Of a stretch of DNA of 64,000 nt, positions 47,019-56,584 are shown in pieces. The first letter of the stretch is position 1, and the number at the start of each line of letters is the position of its first letter. Source of the DNA: Proteobacteria bacterium UBA5680 (GTDB lineage Bacteria > Pseudomonadota > Gammaproteobacteria > Arenicellales > UBA5680). The translations under genes were made by a program, and so were the position numbers. The notes under the pieces were generated by a model. That model was not told the DNA's origin and made no database searches. It saw nothing but the letters and a program-made list of their open reading frames with translations. The DNA lies in the NCBI GenBank assembly GCA_002420425.1, contig DIIC01000009.1, positions 21,599-85,598 on the forward strand. The letters run 5' to 3'.

Positions 47019-47804
47019 ATGAAACTTTCCATCAAGGGCAATACCACTTATCTCAGAAGCAGCCCTCTGCCGATTAATGACAATTGTGATTCAGTGGTTT
47101 TTATCCACGGTGCGGCCATGGACCATACGGTATGGACCCAGTCAGTACGACATTTTGAACGTCATGGAAGGAATGTGTTTGCCCCTGACTTTCCAGGACA
47201 TGGCAGATCCGACGGAGAGCCGCTCACATCGATAACAGAGATGGCCTCCTGGATTATTGAGGTTGCTGATGCCCTGGAGCTCAACAGGTTTTCAGTGGTC
47301 GGCCACAGCATGGGTTCACTGGTCGCACTGGAGATGGCGGCACTCTATCCGACAAGAGTTCGAACCATGGCGCTTCTGGGTTCGGCAGCCCCCATGCCGG
47401 TCTCTGAGCAACTCCTTGGGAGTGCTCGGGAGAACGATGGCGCCGCCCTTGATATGGTAACCCTTTGGGGTTTGAGCGATATGGCCAAAGTGGGAGGAAG
47501 CCTGACCCCGGGGATGTGGATGGTGGGCCAGATCCATCGCTTGCTGGAAGAGGCTGCCCCGGGAGTCCTTTATGCCGGCTTGTCTGCATGCAATAACTAC
47601 ACATGGGGTGAGGAGAGTGCGGCAAAGGTTGAGTGCGCCACACTACTGATCATGGGTACGCGCGACCAGATGACGCCACTACCGAGGGCAAAAGCACTTG
47701 CAGCGCTAATTCCAGGTTCAAAATCGCTACTGATTACCAGTGGCCACAGCCTGATGGTTGAAGCTCCCAACAGGGTGCTCGATGGATTGGCAACCATCCT
47801 CTGA
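47019..47804 (+). CDS. Alpha/beta hydrolase
   Basis: FIHGA, D.PGHG.S, GHSMG nucleophile, D.MT, GH. Confidence 0.88.
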   Translation: MKLSIKGNTTYLRSSPLPINDNCDSVVFIHGAAMDHTVWTQSVRHFERHGRNVFAPDFPGHGRSDGEPLTSITEMASWIIEVADALELNRFSVVGHSMGSLVALEMAALYPTRVRTMALLGSAAPMPVSEQLLGSARENDGAALDMVTLWGLSDMAKVGGSLTPGMWMVGQIHRLLEEAAPGVLYAGLSACNNYTWGEESAAKVECATLLIMGTRDQMTPLPRAKALAALIPGSKSLLITSGHSLMVEAPNRVLDGLATIL

Positions 47805-47809
47805 ATCGG

Positions 47810-48403
47810 ATGTCGCTCTATATCGCTCGCCATGGAGAGACTGACTGGAATGTTGAAAAAAGACTTCAGTCACATAGTGATATACCGCTTAATTCAAGGG
47901 GGAGAGAGCAGGCCCAACTATTGCGCCAGTTGCTCATCAATCGAGGGGTCCAATTTGGTGCTGCTTTCCACTCACCATTAGAGCGTGCTTATGAGACGGC
48001 CACTATTCTTCTTTCCGACTCTGGTCTAAAACCCATCCTTGAGCCCGCCTTGATCGAGATTGATCTTGGAGAGTATGAGGGACAACTGGAGAGTGAGTTA
48101 AGAGAGCGGTATGGCGCCCGTTTTGACCATTGGCGATCACAGAGGTTTGCTGTTGCCGCCCCACGAGGAGAATCATTCACTCAGGCGGTTGATCGGCTTC
48201 GGCAGGGTGTGAGGGGTATCCTTGAGCGTGCAGAGAGGGAGGATATACTCCTGATTGGCCATCAGGCGATCAATGCGGCCTTGAAATCACTCATTTCCGG
48301 CAAAGAGGAGCGCGTTGATGTGGACTCTTTTTTTCAGACAAATGATGAAATCGATATTTGGGATGTGGCCAGAGGGGTATTGATTGAGCGACTCAAGCTG
48401 TAG
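47810..48403 (+). CDS. Histidine phosphatase family protein
   Basis: RHGET.WN, SPL.RA..TA, E.D.G.YEG, GES, L.GH. Confidence 0.9.
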   Translation: MSLYIARHGETDWNVEKRLQSHSDIPLNSRGREQAQLLRQLLINRGVQFGAAFHSPLERAYETATILLSDSGLKPILEPALIEIDLGEYEGQLESELRERYGARFDHWRSQRFAVAAPRGESFTQAVDRLRQGVRGILERAEREDILLIGHQAINAALKSLISGKEERVDVDSFFQTNDEIDIWDVARGVLIERLKL

Positions 48404-48539
48404 CGGATTCAGTCCTCTCTACACAGATAATTCAGACCTTGGCTGTAAGAGGTTATACTCTCCTCGTGGTTTTTGATAGATTGAGTGATAAGGGTTCATT
48501 GAGTCATTCATCGCACTCTCATCCAAGGAGGTCGGCCTG

Positions 48540-50222
48540 ATGGCTCAACCTGTTTTATTGATAACAAGTTATCTCGCCCTCGCCGCAGTTGCTGCGGGGG
48601 GATGGGGCCTCTACACTATCGAACAAGATGCCAATGAAGAGGGGCGTCAGGCACTCGCAGATCAAGCACGGCTGGTTAAACAAAACCAGACCCTAAGAGA
48701 AGAGATTGAAGCCGATCGTCAGGGAGAGAAGGAGTTAGAACAGAATATGGAAGGGGCTGCCCAGTCCCTAAAAGCAGTTCAATCTGAACTTGACACTATC
48801 AGGCAGTGGGCCGAAGAGAGAGAGTCGGCCTATGCACAAGGACAGTTAAATACCGCCAAGCCTGAAGAACTTGAGGCCCTGACAGCACTACTTGCAGAGT
48901 CACCGACAGACCAACAAAACGACATCGCACCAGGTACTCCTGCTGCACCTATCAGAACCCAGGAACCCCAAAACAATCAGCGCCTCAATGAGCTGGAAAA
49001 CCTCCTCACCGCAGTTCATAAGGAGAAAGAGATAGTGCTGGCTGAGGTTGAATTGTTGAGAGAGGAAGTTGATCGCAGAATCAGCAGCTCTGAACAACTT
49101 ACGGCTCTTCTGGAGAAGCTGAAAGAACGATCTGCGGCGACTGAGTCGGGAATTCGGAGACTGGAGGAGTCTCAAGAAAAACTTGAGAGTGTGAGCCTTT
49201 CGGCCGACCGTTCAGTGGCAATCACGCCAAAGTTATTGGCGGATCTGGAGGTCCTGCAGTCCAATGTCGAACAGCGAAGAAGAGAAGTTCAGTACCTTCA
49301 AGCGGTTATTGCCGGCATGAGAAGTGAAGCGAGTAGCTCCCGCTGGATTGAAGACCTTGAGATTATTGAACAAGAGTTGTCAGCCTATCAGCAGCGTACA
49401 GAGGTGGCTGAGGGTGAACTCCAGCGCCTCAGGGGGTTGTTTGCTATCCAGGGGCAGGCTGAGGTTTCAAGGGCCGATGACCAGACAACATCCCAATCAG
49501 AGCAGCCGGATCTCTCGATTCCTCTGGGTAGTGCACTTGTTAGCCTCAAGAGCAGGGTTGCTGAAGACAGCGCCACCATTGAACGACTAACCCTGTTGTT
49601 AGAAAGTCTTAGAGATCAGAGTACAAAAACAACAAATAAAGCGAGTGCTCTGGAGTCCCTGATAGGTGAGCTTAGGGATGATCAGGTTTCACTCAAAAAG
49701 CTGGTCGCCCAGTTGAAGACTGAGAAACAGACAGCAGAAGAACGCCTGAACCAGCTTGAGCAGGAGTTCAGGACTTTAACATCAACCAGCAAACTTGAGG
49801 TCCACAAGTTGGCTGATCAACTCACCTTGATTCGGGTAGGTGGTGATCTTCTCTTTGATACCGGTGATACAACAATCAGGGAGGAGGCGCAAGTGGGCCT
49901 TGACCTGGTTGCCGCAGTAATTAGTGGTTTCCCTGATCGCCCTCTGAGCATTGAGGGCCATACCGATAATGTTCCTATTGCAGATGGCCTTAGACGTTAT
50001 TTTCCAACTAACTGGGAACTTTCCGCTGCACGTGCGGCTTCAGCGGCACGTTATCTGATAGCCAAAGGTGTTGACCCATCTCGTATCACAGTGGTGGGGT
50101 GGGGAGAAGAACATCCCATAAGCAGCAACAGTGCTGAAGAGGGCCGGATGCGAAACCGGCGCATTGAGATCCTGCTTCTTCCGGCAAGGAAACGTCAGAT
50201 CAGAAACCTGGGCTCTGGCTAA
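48540..50222 (+). CDS. Membrane-anchored coiled-coil protein with a C-terminal OmpA/MotB peptidoglycan-binding domain
   Basis: N-terminal TM, about 400-aa Glu/Leu/Gln-rich coiled coil, IEGHTDNVP, NWELSAARA, RNRRIEI. Confidence 0.85.
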   Translation: MAQPVLLITSYLALAAVAAGGWGLYTIEQDANEEGRQALADQARLVKQNQTLREEIEADRQGEKELEQNMEGAAQSLKAVQSELDTIRQWAEERESAYAQGQLNTAKPEELEALTALLAESPTDQQNDIAPGTPAAPIRTQEPQNNQRLNELENLLTAVHKEKEIVLAEVELLREEVDRRISSSEQLTALLEKLKERSAATESGIRRLEESQEKLESVSLSADRSVAITPKLLADLEVLQSNVEQRRREVQYLQAVIAGMRSEASSSRWIEDLEIIEQELSAYQQRTEVAEGELQRLRGLFAIQGQAEVSRADDQTTSQSEQPDLSIPLGSALVSLKSRVAEDSATIERLTLLLESLRDQSTKTTNKASALESLIGELRDDQVSLKKLVAQLKTEKQTAEERLNQLEQEFRTLTSTSKLEVHKLADQLTLIRVGGDLLFDTGDTTIREEAQVGLDLVAAVISGFPDRPLSIEGHTDNVPIADGLRRYFPTNWELSAARAASAARYLIAKGVDPSRITVVGWGEEHPISSNSAEEGRMRNRRIEILLLPARKRQIRNLGSG

Positions 50223-50245
50223 CCTGCCACATTCTCAAACTCGTC

Positions 50246-50881
50246 ATGAATATTCAAATGACGCTGACAGAGAGTGAGATTCAGACGGCAACCCGTCTGT
50301 TGCAGCAGGCTGATCAACGGCTTGGTCGGGTGGTTGAACAGGTGGGGCGCTGCACCCTCTCACCGAGGAGTGAATACACCCTTTTCCAGTACCTGCTGCG
50401 TTCAATTATCTATCAACAACTCTCTGGCAAAGCGGCCGGGGCAATCTGGGCGAGGCTCTGTGCCCATTATCCGGGCCGACATCTCGGGCCGAAGCGGTTT
50501 CTGGCCACAGCGGAGGCCCGGTTGCGTGAGCTGGGTGTATCGCGTTCAAAAATTCGTGCCGGCCAGGATCTGGCCGAGAAGGTACTTACCCGCAAGCTCC
50601 CAGGCAGAAAAAAACTGAATCATCTGGATGATGAGTCGATCATTAATGCCTTTACCCAGGTTCATGGAATTGGGCGCTGGACGGTTGAAATGCTGCTTAT
50701 CTTTTACCTCTGCCGCCCCGATGTATTGCCGGCAGGTGATCTGGGAATCAGGAAGGGGGTGATGGTTATTGACCAGCTGGACGCCCTGCCATCCCCGGGT
50801 GAGGTGCTTTCAAGAGGCGCTGTCTGGCAGCCATGGAGCACGGTTGCCAGCTGGTATCTGTGGCAAGCAACAGCTCTTTGA
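50246..50881 (+). CDS. DNA-3-methyladenine glycosylase II (AlkA/HhH-GPD family)
   Basis: I.YQQLSGKAA, GIGRWT.EM.L.F, RPDVLP..DLG.R, WQPW...A..YLW. Confidence 0.9.
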   Translation: MNIQMTLTESEIQTATRLLQQADQRLGRVVEQVGRCTLSPRSEYTLFQYLLRSIIYQQLSGKAAGAIWARLCAHYPGRHLGPKRFLATAEARLRELGVSRSKIRAGQDLAEKVLTRKLPGRKKLNHLDDESIINAFTQVHGIGRWTVEMLLIFYLCRPDVLPAGDLGIRKGVMVIDQLDALPSPGEVLSRGAVWQPWSTVASWYLWQATAL

Positions 50882-50966
50882 TAGACTCGAATCAGGAGTG
50901 GGCAATACACTTTAGGCAGACACTGGCTGTACCGAACTCCTTTTGCCGAAGTTTATCAGTACAAAA

Positions 50967-51512
50967 ATGACAGACATCATCAAGAAACTGAGGGGTGGGG
51001 ATCTCCGATCAATTGGGAGATCGAACGAAGTCGCTCAGGAAGTCGAAAAAAATCCAGTTCTATTCAAATCGGTGTTTGAGGGCCTGTTTGATACTGAGCC
51101 TGTGGTGAGGATGCGGTCAGCAGATGTCATTGAGAAGGTGACCAGAAGCAATCCTCTATTGTTATCCAGTTATACATCAACAGTGATATCAATCCTGGCA
51201 AATGCCCAACAGCAGGAAGTTTGCTGGCATATGGCTCAAATTGCGCCGCGACTAAAATGCAATAAGTCACAGGAGAACGAAGTGATTGAATCATTGAAAC
51301 GCTATCTGCTCCATAAGAGTAAAATTGTCCAGGTATCAGCAATGGAGTCATTGGCAACTGTAGCCGAAAGAAACAATTCGATATTGGATGAGGTGGTCGA
51401 GATAATCACCAGGCATAAAGAGAGAGGTAGCCCAGCCGTTCAGTCACGCGGCCGGAAGCTTCTGAAACGACTCGAAGGAAAAAGTAAAAATTTGGGTCAT
51501 CAACGCCAATAG
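50967..51512 (+). CDS. HEAT-repeat-like hypothetical protein
   Basis: GGDLRSIG N-terminus, VVRMRSAD..EK, QQEV.WH.AQ, SKIV.V.AM..L, GSPAV..R. Confidence 0.7.
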   Translation: MTDIIKKLRGGDLRSIGRSNEVAQEVEKNPVLFKSVFEGLFDTEPVVRMRSADVIEKVTRSNPLLLSSYTSTVISILANAQQQEVCWHMAQIAPRLKCNKSQENEVIESLKRYLLHKSKIVQVSAMESLATVAERNNSILDEVVEIITRHKERGSPAVQSRGRKLLKRLEGKSKNLGHQRQ

Positions 51513-51712
51513 CTTGAGTGATTCCTGTTTCACAGGCCGCAGTACTCATCTGCTTTTTGAGTATTTCAATTCGTCCTGCACCGGGTAAGTGGGTTGCTCA
51601 TCAAGGCGATGCGCTTCATTATTAGGCGCAGCACTACTCGGCTGAAACAGAGAGAGTCTTAAGCTGAAATACACTCATAACGTGCCAGCCTTGACTGGCA
51701 GGAGGTTACCAA

Positions 51713-52234
51713 GTGGGTTCTATCGTATTTACATTTGTAGGGAAAGATCGACCCGGGTTGGTAGAGAAGGTCTCGAAGGTTGTCTCAGACAATAATGGTA
51801 ACTGGCTGGAGAGTCGACTGGTAAAGCTGGGGGGTCGGTTTGCAGGAATTGTTGAAGTCGATGTCAGTAGTGTCGGACAGCAGGCACTGCTGGACGATCT
51901 CTCTCGCCTTGAGAGCGAAGAAATCCTGGTCGTAGCCGCCTCAAACACTTGGAGCGAGCCCGAAGAGAAGAGCTACCAGTGCACTCTCTCTTTGCTGGGC
52001 AACGATCGTCCGGGTATTGTGCAGGAGATTGCCGCTGCCATGGCGGATCGAAAAATCAATATTCTAAGCCTTGAAAGTGATGTCACCAGTGCGCCCATGG
52101 TAGGGAGCCTGATGTTTACCGCCTCTGCCGTGATAGAGATTCCAAAGACCATTGATGTTCACCTGCTGGAAGAGAGGCTTGAGGAGATCGGCAGCCAGTT
52201 CCATCTCGATATCAAACTGGAAGAAGAGCCCTGA
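51713..52234 (+). CDS. GcvR-like tandem ACT-domain protein
   Basis: Two G.DRPG(L/I)V ACT motifs, GNWLESR. Confidence 0.88.
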   Translation: MGSIVFTFVGKDRPGLVEKVSKVVSDNNGNWLESRLVKLGGRFAGIVEVDVSSVGQQALLDDLSRLESEEILVVAASNTWSEPEEKSYQCTLSLLGNDRPGIVQEIAAAMADRKINILSLESDVTSAPMVGSLMFTASAVIEIPKTIDVHLLEERLEEIGSQFHLDIKLEEEP

Positions 52235-52574
52235 TCTGGCACTGGGTCAGACGCGGGCAATCAAACGGACATCAAGTAAAAAGCAGGTGATCCCGTACCT
52301 CTTCCTGGATCTATTTATGGCACAAAATGGTGACCCCAACAGGAGAAGCCGATCCCTACAGTTTGCTGACAAGTGCGTCGGCAAACCCACATTTAAGAAT
52401 GGATCGTGTGTTGGGTAGTTAAAGAGCAGGGGTGGACCCCAGTGTTGCTCTTGGTGTTTTGTCACTCTATTCTATCAATTGAATGCCGTTTAGTCCTAAT
52501 GAGAGATTTTCTCTTGAGAATAGACTTTGGAGAAGGAATGAGATCAGGGTTTGGTTTTCTGTTGATGATTAAAA

Positions 52575-54125
52575 ATGGGTAGGCGCGGCGCGGTGGCGTG
52601 TGGCCACCCACTGACTGCTGAGGTGGCTGAAGAGGTCCTTCTTGATGGAGGAAACGCCTATGATGCACTGGTAGCAGCCTTTTTTGTCGCCTGTGTGGTT
52701 GAGCCCGTGTTGGCTTCTCTGGGCGGCGGCGGGTTCTTGCTCGCCAGTCCGGAAGGAGAAAAGACAACACTTCTCGATTTTTTTGTCCAAACTCCAGCCA
52801 GAAGATACTCTCCAGACGAACTGGACTTTGAACCGGTAAGGGTTGATTTCGGCAGCACCACCCAGGAATTTCATATTGGATTGGGGGCGGCGGCGACCCC
52901 GGGATGCGTCAAGGGGATCTTCGAGATCCATCGCCGATTGGGCTCACTCCCAATGAGAGAGTTGGTGGCCCCGGCATGCAGACTGGCTCGAAGTGGTGTT
53001 GAACTCAATCAGGAACAGGCCTTCATCTTCTCAGTTGTAGAACCGATCTATGTTAGCCGCTCAACAGCCCGTGAACTCTTTGGGAGTGAACATCAACCCG
53101 GCCGGGTTAAAGGGGAGGGAGAGACCCTGGCTCAACCCCATCTGGCAGAGACGATGGAAACACTGGCGATCGAGGGAGATGATCTTTTCTATCGAGGCGA
53201 GATTGCCGCTGCCATCGTCAAACAGTGTCAGGGCTTTGGATTCCTCACCCTTGCTGATCTCGAGGGCTACCGGGTTGAAGAGCGTTTGCCGCTGGAGGTC
53301 GGCTACCGTGGAGTCAAGGTGAGAACCAATCCTCCGCCCTCTACAGGCGGCACCCTTATCGCTTTTGGGCTGGGTCTTCTTGAATCAATCCGGCCTGACC
53401 GGAAGGGACATCAAAGATCCGATTGGCTGATGGAACTGGCTGATGTCATGGCAATGACTCAGGCGGCCCGTGTTGAACTTGCTTCCCAGAGCGACAGTAG
53501 CTGGCCAGATCCGTTGAAGCTACTGGCACCAGAGATCCTCGCCCGCTATCGGGATGAGATCGCCGGGCGCAGGCGAGCCTTTCGGGGAACAACACAGATC
53601 ACCATCATCGATGGCAGCGGCAGCGTCGCTTCGATGACCTGCTCAAACGGTGAAGGTTGTGGGGAGATGCAGCCCGATACCGGAATTATGATGAATAATA
53701 TGCTGGGTGAGGAAGATCTCAACCCTCACGGCTTTCACCAGTGGCGGCCCAGCGAGAGAATCTCATCGATGATGGCACCCTCTATAGCGATCTGGCCCGA
53801 TGGCCAGTTGCTGGCCATCGGCTCAGGTGGATCCAACCGGATCAGGACAGCCATACTCCAGGTCCTGGTTAACACGATTGATTTCGGGCTCGATCTTGAA
53901 GCGGCGATCGCCCATCCCAGGATCCACTATGAGGGCAAGGTCTTGTCGGTAGAGGGCGGGCTGCCCTCGGCTACGGTTGATGAGCTTTTAGCTCAATTTC
54001 CAGAACTCCGTCTCTTTCCTGGCCACAATATCTTCTTCGGCGGGACCCATGCCGTCATCCATCACAAGGGTCGTTTTCAGGCGGTGGGTGATCCACGACG
54101 AGGGGGCGCTGCCAGAGTGGTCTGA
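52575..54125 (+). CDS. Gamma-glutamyltransferase family protein (no signal peptide)
   Basis: GGNA.DA, LGGGGF, TPG...G, FY.GEIA, TTQI..ID Thr nucleophile, NNMLGE, SSMMAP, GSGG, DPRR.G. Confidence 0.88.
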   Translation: MGRRGAVACGHPLTAEVAEEVLLDGGNAYDALVAAFFVACVVEPVLASLGGGGFLLASPEGEKTTLLDFFVQTPARRYSPDELDFEPVRVDFGSTTQEFHIGLGAAATPGCVKGIFEIHRRLGSLPMRELVAPACRLARSGVELNQEQAFIFSVVEPIYVSRSTARELFGSEHQPGRVKGEGETLAQPHLAETMETLAIEGDDLFYRGEIAAAIVKQCQGFGFLTLADLEGYRVEERLPLEVGYRGVKVRTNPPPSTGGTLIAFGLGLLESIRPDRKGHQRSDWLMELADVMAMTQAARVELASQSDSSWPDPLKLLAPEILARYRDEIAGRRRAFRGTTQITIIDGSGSVASMTCSNGEGCGEMQPDTGIMMNNMLGEEDLNPHGFHQWRPSERISSMMAPSIAIWPDGQLLAIGSGGSNRIRTAILQVLVNTIDFGLDLEAAIAHPRIHYEGKVLSVEGGLPSATVDELLAQFPELRLFPGHNIFFGGTHAVIHHKGRFQAVGDPRRGGAARVV

Positions 54126-54167
54126 TCCGCGCCAGTCCGGTGGAGTTTACTTTTGTTGTTACTCTAT

Positions 54168-54184
54168 ATTAGAATAGTTCTAAA
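54168..54184. promoter_or_regulatory. Fur-family (PerR/Irr-type) box
   Basis: ATTAGAA-TAG-TTCTAAA, one mismatch from TTTAGAA-N3-TTCTAAA, about 32 bp upstream of the peroxiredoxin ATG. Confidence 0.65.
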
Positions 54185-54216
54185 TCTTATTTCCAACAGA
54201 ACAAAAGAGGTCAATC

Positions 54217-54813
54217 ATGCTTGTAACCCAGAAAGCCCCCGATTTTACAGCCGCCGCTGTCCTTGCCGACAATTCAATTGTTGAAGACTTCAATCTCTAT
54301 CAGAATCTGGGGTCGAATGGAGCTGTTATCTTTTTCTATCCCCTCGACTTTACTTTTGTTTGCCCCTCTGAGCTCATCGCCTTTGACCATAGGCTGGCTG
54401 AATTTACCAAGCGGGGGATAAATGTGATCGGAGTCTCGGTCGACTCTCATTTTTCACACCTTGCGTGGAGAAATACCGAGGTCAGCAGTGGCGGTATTGG
54501 CCAGGTCGGTTATCCGTTGGTTGCGGATCTGACCAAGTCAATCGGGAGTGACTACGATGTTCTCCTCCAGGGCGGGATAACTCTCCGCGGTTCATTTCTC
54601 CTCGACAGTGATGGCACCGTTCGTCATCAGGTGGTCAATGATCTGCCCCTGGGGAGAAACATCGATGAGATGCTGAGAATGGTCGATACCATGCTCTTTA
54701 CCAATCAACATGGAGAGGTCTGCCCGGCAGGCTGGCAGGCCGGTGACGAAGGGATGAAGGGCACCCCATCCGGGGTTGCCGACTATCTGGCAAAACATGC
54801 CGACAACCTCTGA
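54217..54813 (+). CDS. ahpC: 2-Cys peroxiredoxin (AhpC/TsaA)
   Basis: FYPLDFTFVCPSE peroxidatic Cys, GRNIDE.LR, GEVCPAGW resolving Cys. Confidence 0.95.
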   Translation: MLVTQKAPDFTAAAVLADNSIVEDFNLYQNLGSNGAVIFFYPLDFTFVCPSELIAFDHRLAEFTKRGINVIGVSVDSHFSHLAWRNTEVSSGGIGQVGYPLVADLTKSIGSDYDVLLQGGITLRGSFLLDSDGTVRHQVVNDLPLGRNIDEMLRMVDTMLFTNQHGEVCPAGWQAGDEGMKGTPSGVADYLAKHADNL

Positions 54814-54867
54814 TCGGGGGAACGCCTAGAGAGCACCAGATTCAAGTGGCCTGCCCCCCTCCCAGAC

Positions 54868-54895
54868 AGGGAGTGGGGTAAAGACCCAACTCCCT
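54868..54895. terminator. Hairpin between convergent genes (possible terminator)
   Basis: AGGGAGT.GGGT-AAAG-ACCC.ACTCCCT; U-tract weak. Confidence 0.4.
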
Positions 54896-54899
54896 CCCT

Positions 54900-56324
54900 T
54901 TAGAGGACCTTACCCGGGTTCATGATGTTGTTGGGGTCGAGGGCCTCCTTGATCTTTCTCATCAGGGCCATCTCAACCACTGATTTATAACGCCGGTTCT
55001 CTTCACGTCGCAGACGGCCAATGCCATGTTCGGCGCTGATACTGCCACTGTATGTTGCCACCAGATCATGGACAATCCGGTTGATTAATCCCCGTTGTTG
55101 TTCGAAGGTCTCCCGGTCTGCGCCAACTGGCTGAGCCACATTAAAGTGAAGGTTGCCATCACCCAGATGACCGAAAGGGGCCACCCTCACGCCCGGGAAA
55201 GAGACCTCAAGTTCTCGAGTTCCCTCGGCAATAAAATCAGCAATACTTGAGAGCGGGAGAGCGATGTCATGTTTAATGCTTCCCCCTTCATGGTTCTGAG
55301 CTTCGGCAATACTCTCGCGCAAGTGCCAGAGGCGGTCTGCCTGATCTGCACTTTCAGCGATAACCCCATCGGCCACGAGTCCACACTCGACGCCATCGGT
55401 TAACAGCTCTTCCATTATTGGCCTCAGTGATCCCTGATCCCCCTGGCCATCAAGTTCAACCAGAACATACCAGGGGTGAGATTGGCTGAAGGGGTCCCGG
55501 GAACCAGGAATATGGGAGAAGACAAAGTCAAAGAGCTCTCTTTTTATCAGCTCAAAACTGGTGACCTGTTCACCGGTACGTTGTTGGAAATTTGAAAGGA
55601 GGGTAACGGCCATGAGAGGTTCAGTAACAGCGATGAGAGCGGTCTGTCGCTCTTTGGGTAACGGGCTGAGTTTGATCACTGCGGCGGTAATCACCCCCAG
55701 TGTTCCTTCACTACCGATAAAGAGCTGCTTCATGTCATAGCCGGTATTGTCTTTACGCAGCCCGCGTAGCCCCTCCCACAGAGAACCGTCTGCAAGGACC
55801 ACCTCAAGTCCCAGCACCAGATTGCGCAGGGAGCCATAGCGGAGTACCTGGGTTCCCCCTGCATTAGTGGCAATATTTCCTCCGATCTGGCAACTCCCCT
55901 CTGCGGCCAGGCTGAGGGGAAAGAGGCGGTCGTGCTCCTTGGCCGCCAGCTGTATCGACTGGAGGATGCACCCCGCCTCAACGGTCATGGTGTTGTTGGT
56001 GGGATCCACCGATCGAATTCTGTTGAGACGGGAGGTGGAGAGAATAATCTCGCTGTCATCATCATGGGGCTGGCTGCCCCCAGTGAGTCCGGTATTCCCC
56101 CCCTGAGGAACAATGGGTATCTGGTGGCGGGCACAGAGGGTCACCACCTGTGCGACCTCATCGGTGCTTTTGGGAGAGACCACCATGGGTACCGAACCTC
56201 TCCAGTTATCCCGCCATGATCTGCAGTAGGGGGCAATCTCATCTCCCTTGCGAGTATGACCCCTGGGACCAACCACTTGGGCGATCTCATCCAGTAGTGA
56301 TTCGGGTAGTGGGGGGATATTCAT
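54900..56324 (-). CDS. FAD-binding oxidoreductase (D-2-hydroxyacid dehydrogenase family)
   Basis: PQGGNTGL.GG, SCQIGGN.ATNAGG, KDNTGYD...LFIGSEGTLG, FGHLGDGNLH, SISAEHGIG, LDP...MNPGK. Confidence 0.9.
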   Translation of the reverse strand: MNIPPLPESLLDEIAQVVGPRGHTRKGDEIAPYCRSWRDNWRGSVPMVVSPKSTDEVAQVVTLCARHQIPIVPQGGNTGLTGGSQPHDDDSEIILSTSRLNRIRSVDPTNNTMTVEAGCILQSIQLAAKEHDRLFPLSLAAEGSCQIGGNIATNAGGTQVLRYGSLRNLVLGLEVVLADGSLWEGLRGLRKDNTGYDMKQLFIGSEGTLGVITAAVIKLSPLPKERQTALIAVTEPLMAVTLLSNFQQRTGEQVTSFELIKRELFDFVFSHIPGSRDPFSQSHPWYVLVELDGQGDQGSLRPIMEELLTDGVECGLVADGVIAESADQADRLWHLRESIAEAQNHEGGSIKHDIALPLSSIADFIAEGTRELEVSFPGVRVAPFGHLGDGNLHFNVAQPVGADRETFEQQRGLINRIVHDLVATYSGSISAEHGIGRLRREENRRYKSVVEMALMRKIKEALDPNNIMNPGKVL

Positions 56325-56584
56325 TGTGCTCCGGAAGGCCTTACTCAGTAAAAATGATTTGCGACTGGCCTTAAGTCTACCAGTTCGATGAGTCGAGAGC
56401 CTCGAGGAGGCTCTCAATGTTGGTGATGGGGGGGAAGAGGTCTCATTAATCAGGAGATTGGCGGCACTGCTTGCTGGTATTTGAGGGTGGAGTCTATTGG
56501 TGGCCACAGAAGATGACGATAAGAGGTAATCTCCCAAAAGGGCAATTTGCCCTGTAAACTATCGATTTTAGAGTATTGGGATAA

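Noticed and set aside
48540-50222. Zorya-type defence (ZorB) or flagellar stator
   Set aside because: No ZorA/MotA-like or other defence or flagellar gene is adjacent
50905-51640. Integron cassette around the HEAT-repeat gene (TTAGGC near both ends)
   Set aside because: No GTTRRRY/RYYYAAC pair or attC-like hairpin could be identified, and there is no integrase
52235-52574. Short ORFs in the gcvR-ggt gap
   Set aside because: No recognisable motifs or convincing RBS; left unannotated
56325-56537. N-terminal extensions in the ORF track (FAD oxidoreductase; likewise ppsA, ppsR, ALDH, hydratase)
   Set aside because: The extensions show no family similarity; downstream starts fit homolog N-termini and RBS positions better
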